Shown here: positions 43,101 through 54,096 of the stretch, piece after piece
How positions within the stretch are numbered: the stretch's first letter is position 1
Layout: the number at the start of each line of letters is the position of its first letter
Assembly (NCBI GenBank): GCA_973851085.1
Contig: OZ316775.1
Coordinates: 14,012,001-14,076,000, forward strand
DNA length: 64,000 bases
Source of the DNA: Ptychomitrium polyphyllum
Taxonomy: Eukaryota
Reading direction: 5' to 3'
Position numbers and translations under genes: made by a program
The notes under the pieces: model-generated
What the model was told of the DNA's origin: nothing
Database searches by the model: none
Seen by the model: only the letters and a program-made list of their open reading frames with translations

Positions 43101-44118
43101 CACAACCACCATTTCAATTCCAATGGATTCATCATTTCTTGACCAGGTGCATGTAGCATCTACTAAAAACTCTCTTATTCTTGATATCAAACATTGTTCC
43201 AACAACCCCCCTAAAGATGTGTCTAAGTTCAAATTAAAAACCAACCTTTTCTACTTTGAAGAATGTCTTTATATTCCTGAAAGACCAATTTACCTTTGTG
43301 TATTTCAAACACGTCTTGATTTTCCTACAGTTGAACATTTTGGATTCAACAAAACCTTGGATCTTCTCTCTTGAGACTTTTAGTAGCCTCAAATGTGGAA
43401 GGCTGTTAAGAATTTTGTATTTTTGTATGATACCTATTATAAGTCAAAAAATCCTCAACACCGTCCATATAGACTTTTCCAACCACTACCTATTCCAAAG
43501 CAACCGTGTTTGTCTGTTTCAATGGATTTCATTTTAGATCTTCCACCATCAAATTCTTTTGATACCATCTTTGTTGTGGTGGACCGGTTGTTTAAGATGG
43601 TACTTTTTGTATTGTGCAAGAAGACAATTACCGACAAAGAGATTGCCACACTTTTCATGGATAATGTCTACAGCTACCATAGATTATCCAACAATATTAT
43701 ATTGAATTGTGCACCACAATTTGTATTAAGATTTTGAAAATACTCTTTGAAATCCTTAAGGTGGACATCAAATTTCTTTTTGCCTTCCATCTCAAACCAA
43801 TGACCAAATAGAGCAAGTCAACCAAATTTTGGAACATTTGAGATGTATTATCAATTATCAACAAGATGATTGGATTTCCTATTTAATATTGGCTGAGCTT
43901 GCCTACAACAACACCACTCATGCTTCCACCCAATGAACAACCTTCTACTCCAACTATGGACGTCATCTAAAGATGAATAAATTACAACCTCCACAATCTG
44001 AGAATCCAATAGCAAAGGAATTTTCCACAAGAATGGCAGAGCTTCAAATAAAAATAAAAACTCAACAAAAAGAAACTTGAGAACGATGGAAAATAACAAT
44101 AGATGCAACAAGGAAAGG
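40190..44118 (+). mobile_element. Degenerate Gypsy gag-pol (probably family B), interrupted at 44118
   Basis: KEPRIGLPEKFDG gag, LCLYCGKFGHKVDNC knuckle, LALID*GA protease, PFGLTNAP/YLDD RT, LETDA..GAILSQ RNase H, SMDFILDLP integrase. Confidence 0.9.
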
Positions 44119-47100
44119 TGTCACGGATATAGATCATACAACATAGTCCTTAGAACATTCTAGAACCTTCTAGTATATTATAATAGATTCTTAGAATACT
44201 TTTAAATGTCTCCATAGTCTTTCCATGTTCATAAAGCTTCCTAAGAAAGTTCTTCCACTTTAGGAAATTTCCTAGGAAGGTTCCACTATCTCACGTAACT
44301 TCTTAAAAAACTTCCTACAAAGAATCCATCACTTTACAAAACTTTTTAGAAAGGTTCCATCATTATAGAAAGCTTCCTCGGAAAGTTATATCTTTTTAGG
44401 AAACTTCCAAAGAAGATTCCAACTCTTTGGAAGCTTTCTAGGAAGATTCCAACATCTTAGGAAATTTCTTAGGTAGGTTCCCTAGAACTCTAGAATATTC
44501 TTAAACCTTATAAGAAATTTCTTTAGAAATATCATAGGAGATACAAACGTCATAGTATAAATAGGAGGCAAGACAAGGTAATCCTTAGTCTTGCCAACAT
44601 AAGCTGTGGATCATCTTGAATCTGGCCTTGTTCTAGTCCTTGTATTAAGTTCTTGTTAATCATTAACTCTTTGGAAGCTAATTCTTGGGAAACACTTTGT
44701 TTTTGCTTCTTGTTTCTTGTGTCCCTAACAGTTTGGCAAGTCTACTCTTCAACTCTGTCAGAGCTAAGGTTCTTAGAAGAATATTGTGGATTATCCATCT
44801 TCTTTAGGATTCCATAGCGTCTTAGAAGATGCGGATTACTCCCTTCTAAGCTGGCACCCTTGAGTTGGTTTCTCCTTCTAAAACCAAGTACTATTTATTT
44901 AAAAGACGTGGATTACCCTCCTTTGAAGGTACTCATAGTCATCTTGTCTTTACCAATCTTAAGAAATTGATAACGTGCCTAGAACATCAGAGAATAGGTT
45001 TGCAACTATTACAAACCTTCAAGAGTTATTAAACACAGTTTGAACGAAATTTGCCTACTTCAACACCACCAACAATTTGGAACAACACATTCGTCAAGCT
45101 GAAGAATTTAATAGTGATATTTAAAGTCTATATCCACAGATTGATCGATTGCAAGAGGCCAATATTGAAAGAGAAGGCTTACGTCAAACCCTTGCAGAGC
45201 CAAAGATTAACACGCCACACAAGTTTGATGGATTAAAATCAAAATTGAAAGGCTTTGCTCAATAAATAAGGCTCTTTTTTAATTTGCATCAATCTTGCTA
45301 TCTTGATGGCACAACTCAAGTGGAATTTGTGGCCACTCTTTTATCAAACAATGCACTATCGTGGTTTGCACCACTAATAGAGAAGCAGTCACCATTATTG
45401 AACAACTTAGATGCTTTTATAGAAGCATTGACATCTACTTTTGGAAACACCGACCGAGAAAGGGTGGCTGAGACAAGGATCCAGAGTCTCCAACAAAGAC
45501 AGCACTCAGCTGCTACATATACTGCAAAATTTCAAGAATTAGCTTGAGACCTTGATTGGAATGATAAAGCCTTGGTCACATGATTTTGATGGGGCTTAAG
45601 AGAGAATGTAAAGGACTTGCTACTCACAATCCCAAGAGTTGAAACATTGGACGAATTCATCATTCAAACAATAGCATGTGATAACAGACTATTTTAGAGG
45701 CGCCAAGAATAACGCTTGGAATGGCGACCAATACATCAAAACATGGCTACCACTTCTTCAAGAATATTGGAAAATCGACCACAAGAACCAAAACCTATGC
45801 AAATTGATGCTGCCCAGTTCAGACGTTTGACTCCAAAAGAAAAAAAAAGGCGTCAAAGAAAAAACCTATGTTTGTATTGTGGCAAATCTAGACATAAAGT
45901 ACGCAATTGCCAAATCAAAGGATCTGCCTTTAAGGCTCAAAGCACAATGGTGGAGTTGAAAAACAAGGCTATCTAGTCACAGTAGGGACCATGCAACTGG
46001 ACACCACAAGGAAACGACCATCAAATCAAGGTCTCTTACTACCTTCAAGCCCTACCTCTTGTTTTACATTTCCTATCAAAATTAAATTATTAGATGATGA
46101 AATCATTAGTGAGGCTCCTTCAGACACTGGTGCAACGGCATGATTTATGGACAAGGATTTTGCAACCAAACATTACATGGTACTTGTAAAGAAGAAATAT
46201 TCTACACCTGTTGAAGTTATTGATGGACGATCTCTTGCATGTGGCAACGTTATTGAAGAAACTCAACTTGTAGACGTTCTTTTAGGAGACCAAACATCTA
46301 AGATTGTTTTCAACATCTTTCAATGCCGAACAAATCCTATTGTTTTGGGCCTTCCTTGGTTTGAATTACATAATCCAGATATTGATTGGCGCTCACGGAG
46401 TGTGGTCTAAAGGAAAAGACGTCAAGATATGAGAAATCTTGGACCATCATTTATTGAAGCTAAAGCATTCATGAAAGCGGCAAAGGATGAACCAATCCAT
46501 GCCATTAATGCCACACCAATGTCCAGCTCTATAATAGAGACTAATCAAAACATACCTTGTCAATATTAAGATTATAAAGACGATTTTGAAAAGAAGAATG
46601 CGAACATATTACCAAAGCACCGGCCTTACGATTGTACCATTGAGTTGCAAGAAGGAGCCCAACCACCTTTTGGACCTATTTATAACTTATCACAAACCGA
46701 GTTGGCTGCCTTGAGAGAATATATTGATGAAAACCTTAGAAGGGGTTTCATTCAACACTCTAAATCACTTGCTGGAGCACCCATTCTATTTGTAAAGAAG
46801 AAAGATGGATGATTACGGATGTACGTGGACTATTGAGGCTTCAATAAAGTAACAAAAAAGAATCACTATCCATTACGATTAATCTCAGGACTCCTACAAC
46901 AACTTGGCTAAGCAAAGATATTCACCAAAATTGATCTTAGAGGAGCCTACAATCTTGTACGTATCAAAGGAGGAGATGAATGGAAGACAACTTTTTAATC
47001 TAGGTATGGTCATTTTGAATACAATGTCATATCCTTTGGCCTTAATAATGTCCCTGCGGTCTTTCAACATATGATGAATGATATCTTGCATAAACATTTG

Positions 47101-49739
47101 GACGATTTTGTAATCATCTACTTGGATGACACCCTGATATATTTAAAGGATGAATAAGACTATAAATGTCATGTGCAACTGGTTTTAGGAAAAACTATGC
47201 CAGCAAGGATTATATGCCAAATTGGAGAAGTACCTTTTCCATGAATCATTGGTTGAATTTTTAGGCTACATCATTTCCAAACAAGGAATCCATATAGTTA
47301 AGAAGAAAATAAGCACTGTTATGAAGTGGAGTACGCCAAGATCAATTCAAGATGTTCAATGCTTTTTGGAATTTGCAAACTTCTACAAGATGTTCATCAA
47401 GAATTATTTCAAGATCGCGGCACCATTAATACATCTTACGGGGAAGCAAAAATTCACTTGGAATGAAGAAGCGGAAAAAACATTTCAAGGTTTTAAGAAG
47501 TCATTCACGTCGGCTACAATTTTTATTCATCCAAATCCATCAAAGCCTTTTTATTTGGAAGCAAATGCCTTAGATTTTGCGCTTGGCTCAGTACTCTCAT
47601 AATATGATGAAGACGGAAGACTTCACCCTCTTGCCTTTTATTCAAGGAAGTTCTCAGCGGCAAAGATCAACTATGATATACAAGATAAAGAACTACTTGC
47701 AATTGTGGATGCAATTGACGAATGTCAACATTTATTGGAAGGAACTCAACATTCCATCACGATATACACAAACCACAAGAACTTTGAGTATTTCATGAGT
47801 GCGCGTGTTTTGAATTGCCGTCAAGCCAAGTGGAATAAGTCGATTTTGGAATTTGACTTTGTCATTATCTATCGACATGATAGCTTACATGGTAAGTCAG
47901 ATGCCTTATTTCAAAGATCTTATTTAGCTCTTCAACTTGGAGATGATGGTTTGGATCAACAAAGGACTCTTTCATTGAAGCCTGAGAATCTTCAATTGAA
48001 AGCAGTGATTATTACGACAACATCTCATCTTGACAAAATTCGAAAGGCTTTGAAGAATGACGTCTTTGTTTCAAATATAAAGAAGCGCCTCAAAGACAAT
48101 GGAGGTCCTTCAAATAGCAATGAGGACTTTGAATTCCAAGAGGGCCTACTTTATTATAAAGGACTTTTGTACCTACCTCCAGGCCCTTTGCGGTTGAAGA
48201 TCCTTCAAGCACGTCATGATTTTCTAGCAGCAGGATATTTTGGATTCAATAAAACAATGGAGTTGATTGCAAGGGACTATTGGTGGCCACAAATGTAGAA
48301 ATACGTGAAGGACTTTGTTTGATCATGCGACACTTGTGCAAGAGCCAAGGTACCAAGGCACCAACCTCATGGTCTCCTCTATCCGCTTCCAGTGCCAAAG
48401 GGCCCATGGTTGTCTTTATCAATGGATTTTATCACGGACCTTCCAAACTCCGATTCTAAGGATTATATTTTGGTAGTGGTGGATTGATTTACCAAAATGG
48501 CACATTTCATTCCATGCAACAAGACGGTAATGGGAAAAGAAATTGCCAAGTTGTTCCTAAATCACAACTACCGCATACATGGACTACCAGATGATATTGT
48601 ATCCGATCGAGGGCCGCAGTTCATTTCCAACTTTTGGAGGGTTCTATTCTAGGTGTTGCATGTAAAGATCAATCTTTCTTCAACACACCATTCGCAAACT
48701 GATGGCCAAACCGAACGTGTAAATTAAATTTTGGAACAGTACCTTCGTTGTAGCATAAACTACCAGCAAGACAATTGGATGGACCTCTTGACTTTGGCAG
48801 AATTTGCTTACAACAATATGGTGCATTCTTCAACAAATCAAAGTCCATTCTTTGCAAACTATGGGCATCATCTTGGAACATATCCATTTCAAGTGAAGCA
48901 TGTTGGAAATCCTGCAGCAAAGGATTTTACAATTCAACTTGCTAAAATCCATCAAGAAATCACTTTCCAGTTATAATAAGCTCAAGATCGTTCCAAAACT
49001 TACGCAGATCGCCATCAAAAGGACCATCCAAAGTTCAAGGTTGGAGAGAGCGTATGGCTCCTATAACAAAATATACAGACAAAAAGACCATCAAAGAAGT
49101 TGGAGTATCAAAGGCTGGGACCGTTTGAAATCAACAAACAAATAAATCCGGTTAGTTGTCGCCTAAAGCTACCACCAAGCATGCAAATTCATCTTGTATT
49201 CCACGTATCGTTGTTAAAAACCTGTAACAAATCATGTATATTAGAGAGAATTGTCCCTCCGCCTCCTCCGCTGGAAATCAATAATGAAATTGAATATAAA
49301 GTGAAAGAGATCTTAGATTCACGCATCAAAAACAAACGTGTGGAGTACCTTATACATTGGCAAGGATATGGCATCAATGACCAAACATGGAAACCTTCAA
49401 CGAATGTAACAAATGCATCCGAGAAGGTACGTGACTTTCATCAAAGATATCCTCAGAAACCAGGTCAGTGATGATGTGTCATCAATAGCCGTTAGCTTCA
49501 CAGAGAAGTTTTTCCTTCATAGACAAGTGTAAGAAGGGAGGAGAGATATCCAAACTTCCAATTGTATGCAATATTATTTCCAAGATTTATCATTTTTAGA
49601 TCCTAGCTAGTATGTTAAATCTTCATGTTATTACGGATATGCGTGAAGAGCCGTTGGCCATGCCTTCATCAACAACGTTATCTGTTGAGCCAACTCAAAT
49701 ATTTCAACCTTCAGTAATGTAAGATCTAAGCCAAAATAT
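44119..49739 (+). mobile_element. Family A Gypsy chromovirus: 5' LTR (44119-44730), leader, gag, protease, RT, RNase H, integrase, chromodomain; many stops; 3' region truncated
   Basis: LTR tgtcacgg..cctaaca; LCLYCGKSRHKVRNC, DTGA, YLDD, SMDFITDLP; chromodomain ORF 49100-49471. Confidence 0.93.
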
Positions 49740-50382
49740 TAGTAGGGACACAAGAATTAAGAAGCAGAAATGAAGTGTTTCCCAAGAATTAGCTTCCAAA
49801 GAGTTAATGATTAACAAGAATTTGATACAAGGACTAGAACAAGGCCGGATTCAAGATGATCCACAACTTGTATTGGCAAGACTAAGGATTACCTTGTCTT
49901 GCCTCCTATTTATACTTTGACGTTTGTATCTCCTATGATACTTCTAAAGAAGTTTCTTACAAGGTTTAAGAATATTCTAGAGTTTTAGGGAACCTACTTA
50001 AGAAATTTCCTAAGATATTGGAATCTTCCTAGGAAGCTTCCAAAGAGTTAGAACCTTCTTTAAAAGTTTCCTAAGGTAGCGGATCCTTCTTAGGAAATTT
50101 CTTAAAAAGATATAACTTTCTAAGGAAGCTTTCTATAATGATGGAACCTTTCTAAAAAGTTTTGTGAAGTGATGGAATCTTTGTAGGAAGTTTTCTAAGA
50201 AGTTACGTGAGGTAGTGGAACCTTCCTAGGAAATTTCCTAAGGTGGAAGAACTTTCCTAGAAAGCTTTATGAACATGGAAAGGCTATGGAGACATTTAAA
50301 AGTATTCTAAGAATCTATTATAATATATTAGAAGGTTCTAGAATGTTCTAAGGACTATGTTGTATGATCTATATCCATGATA
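49740..50382 (-). repeat. Family A LTR in inverted orientation
   Basis: Reverse complement closely matches 44119-44730, with one extra U3 repeat unit. Confidence 0.9.
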
Positions 50383-51394
50383 CAGTAAGGCTGCGTAACA
50401 TTGAAGGTTCTTGATGCTTAATCTTTTAAGTAGGAAATAAAGGAATTCCTAGATCATAAGTTTCCAAAGCCTTTGAGATGATTTAGAATTTAGTTATTTT
50501 ATTTTAAAGTTTGTCATAGTTTTTAAAAACTAGCTCAATATATTTGTTATGGACATCAAGATGCAGATACCATGCCAATGGTGTCAATTCAGCCATTTAG
50601 TTTTCATCGATGACCTTGTGATGAAAAACAGATTGGACCAAGAAGACGTCGGAAGGATATCCAGTAATAGATTGTTGGTGATTGTTTTTGAAATAGAACT
50701 AGCTTATAAAAATTATTCAAAAGTTGTTTTTGAAGGACGCTTTCACAACAAAGATACAGAAGTTCATGCTTGGTCCTAAGTAAAAGGCATTAGACAATAT
50801 TGGTGGTTACAAGGATCTATGAATCATTTGAATCGAGAAAGGTAATTGGAGTATGTTGTAGATACCATGCAACAAATTTTTGACTTTCTATGACTCTGAG
50901 CATTTGTTGCTCCTTAGAGACCTTAGAGCTAGAAAGGAAGATGATGTCATGAACATACATATTAGAAGCATCAAGAAAGGTTCTTAAAAGATTTAGGAAG
51001 CTTCTAAGGAAGTTTCCTTGACTTAATAAACTTCCGAAGAAGTTACCTTGGATTTAAAAAACTTCCAAAGAAGTTGCCTTGACTTAGAAAGCTTTCAAGG
51101 AAGTTATTTTGGCCTAAGAAACTTTCAAGGAAGTAACTCAAGGTTGCTTGATTATGAAGTAATGTAGGTGAAGCTTCTCAAGAAGCTTCCAAAACTTGTA
51201 GTTCTAGTGTATATAAAAGTTGATGTTGAAGTTCTCTTCAGTCTCGACAATGCATATCTTGTAGTCTAGTTCAGACCTTCTGGCCTTATCTTTTGTACCT
51301 TGTTGTAGCTCTGTACCTCTAATATACTTGGACTTATCTTGTTTTAGACCCTGAAATCCTAAAGCCTTGTCTTGTTATTACTTTGTCTATAACA
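50383..51394 (+). mobile_element. 3' region, PPT and 3' LTR (50945-51394) of a family B Gypsy element
   Basis: Homologous to 13880-14802; agaaaggaagatga before tgtcatgaac; ends tataaca. Confidence 0.85.
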
Positions 51395-52435
51395 TCAAAA
51401 TAGCAAGATTGATGCAAACTAAGAGAGTTCCTTACTTGTTGATCTAAGCTTCTCAACTTGTATGCCATGCTAATTTTTGGCTTTGCATGGTTTTGATGTA
51501 AGCTCTTTCTTCTAATATTGGCATCTCGCAATTGAACATCGTCTTGATATAAACTTTGAATATCGCCATTGAATTCTTTAACTTGCCAAATGTACTGCTC
51601 TAACTTGTTGGTGGTGTTGAAGCAAGTAAGTTGTATTTTAACTGTGTTTAATAACTCTTAAAGGTTTGCAATAATTGCAAACTTATTCTCTAATGTTCTA
51701 GGCACATTATCCATTATTTCAGATCTTCAAAGGCAAGAAGACTATGAATACCTTCAAAAAAAGTTAATTTGCGTCCTTTAAAAGATTGATCCTTCTTCAA
51801 AAGAAATAGTTTTTGATTTTAGAAGAAGAAATCAACTTTATGATGTCAGCTTAGAGGAAGATAATCCGCAAACTCTAAAACGCTATAGGATCCTAAAGAA
51901 GATGGATAATCCACTATCTTCTTCAAAGAACCTTAGCTCTGACAAAGATGAAGAGTAGTCTTACCAAACTATTAGGAACACAAAGAACAAGAAGCAAAAA
52001 TGAAGTATTTCTCAAGAATTAGCTTCCAAAGAGCTTATGATTGACAAGAACTGATACAAAGACTAGAGCAGGGCAGGATACAATATGATCTATAACTTGT
52101 ATTGGCAAGACTAAGGTATAGTTTTTCTTGCCTTCTATTTATATTAAAATGCTTGAATCACCTAGGATACTTTTAAAGAAGCTTCCTACAAGGCTTAAGA
52201 ATGTTTTGAAAGTCTATAGAACCTGCCTTGGAAGTTTCCTAAGATGGTGGAACCTTCCAAGAAGCTTCTAAAGAATCAAAACCTTCCCTAAAAGTTTCCT
52301 AAGGTGGTAGTATCTTCCAAGGAAGTTTTTCAAAGAAGTAGAAACAGCTATGGAAATATTGAAAGTATTATAAAAAGCTATTTTAATATACCAGATGGAT
52401 TTAAAGATTATATTGCATGATCTATGTTTGTAACA
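51395..52435 (-). mobile_element. 5' end of a minus-strand family A Gypsy element: LTR 51970-52435, PBS, leader, start of gag
   Basis: Reverse complement of about 44119-45300. Confidence 0.85.
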
Positions 52436-53649
52436 TCATCCAAGGCTTTTTTGGCTTTTTTGACTTTTGAAGGTTATTAAAATTTACACAATGGAAATGA
52501 TTAAAAAGGGGCAAATTATTTGGAATGCATTTGTAAAACAATAGTATTTTGTTTATGCCTCGTATATGTGGTCATTTAATAGAAAAATGTGTTGTGGAGT
52601 AACAATCTTTTTTTAAAAATGAACATGGGGTCAATTTTTAACAAGTCAATTTTAACGATTGGAAGATTTTGTTGACTACTTTTTTTGTATAGTACAACAA
52701 TTATCACCTTGGAACTATTAAAAAGCTATAAAGTGAAGATGACAATTACAAAGGAAAGAAATATTATTATTTTTAAAATTTAATCCAATTACAATATTGT
52801 GATAAATAGACACTTTAATTCATTGTTTATAATAGAAATTATAAATAAATATGAATAAAAGAATTTAAATTCAAGCTAGTTAATTGAAGATGTAAAGAGT
52901 CATTTATTCAAATAGATTTTTTAATTTTTGAATAGCCATAACTATTGATTATTTAAGTTGGTAAATTCCAAATTAAAGAATGGAATAAAATCTGGAAGAA
53001 TATTGTAGTTGTTAATTTTAGAGCCTCTAAAAGGTCAATAGGACGGAAGGAAATGTAATTCAAGCCAAGCATTTGTAATTAGTGCAACTAAGGATATTAA
53101 GAAAAACTAACATTCATGGACCTTATGTGGAGCCAAATTTTGGACACATCAAATTATTTAAAAAAGAGGAAGAAATCTATGGATTGCCTAGATCTAGGTG
53201 CAGAGGTATATATACATGTAGTGGTTTCATCGATCAAGTAGATATATGAAAAGTGAATGTGAACATTTAATCCATAAATTATGGCCATATAATTTGTTAC
53301 ATTGCTTCTAACTTCACTAATTTCATAATTTCAAACTAAATAGTGACTTATATTCAAAATTCAAGATTCTTATAACCAACGAATCACCCATTTGAAGAAT
53401 ACATCCTTCTCATCAACAAAATATCAATCACTTTCCACCACCGTTCCAATATTCTCCACTTCCCTCAGCACCCCAGCTCACACAATCCAACGCACAATGA
53501 CTCACCTCTTACGGAACTCTAACAGCAGAGAACTGAGCGTTAGAAGTAAGCCATGTAACGGCGGGCCCCACCAGACTACCCCGCACGATAAACCCGAACG
53601 TACGCCTCAAAAATTCTGTCGCATTTCCGCGTCTCCGTCGATATCGCCA

Positions 53650-53825
53650 ACTTCCTCGTCATCCTGGCCGTCGCCCTCGTCTTTATCCTCGTCGCTTTTG
53701 TCTTCATCCTCGTCGTCGTCGTCGTCCTCGTCGTCGTCCTCCTCCTCCTCGTCGCCCGAGTTGCCACTTCAGTCGTCGCCTTCTGTCGGCCAGACGTCGA
53801 CGTCGTCGTCGTCGTCGGCGTCGGG
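53650..53825. repeat. (TCG/TCC)n trinucleotide-rich tract
   Basis: Runs of tcgtcgtcg/tcctcc; reads as poly-Asp/Glu on the minus strand. Confidence 0.8.
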
Positions 53826-54096
53826 GTTCGTATTTCTGGTGCGAAGCTGCACCGAAGAGGTTGGTTTGCTGCTGTTGTGCAAAGCTCTGAACTTCTGCCC
53901 TAACCAGACCAAGAGCTCCGTCGCGCCTGGCGCCTCGCGCATCGCACTCTGCACACCAACAAAATTTCTGCACCATCATCTGCGTCATTGCTTTTTGTCT
54001 CGTCACTTTCCGTTCCATATTCAGTAAGGAATTTGTATTCCTGTGGGGAGGTCTTCCAGGGCAGTTGCAAGGGAGCCCATCGTCTGGTGCACCACC

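Noticed and set aside
53392..54027. 211-aa Ser-rich ORF as a gene
   Set aside because: Non-ATG start, low complexity from (TCG)n, no recognisable domain.
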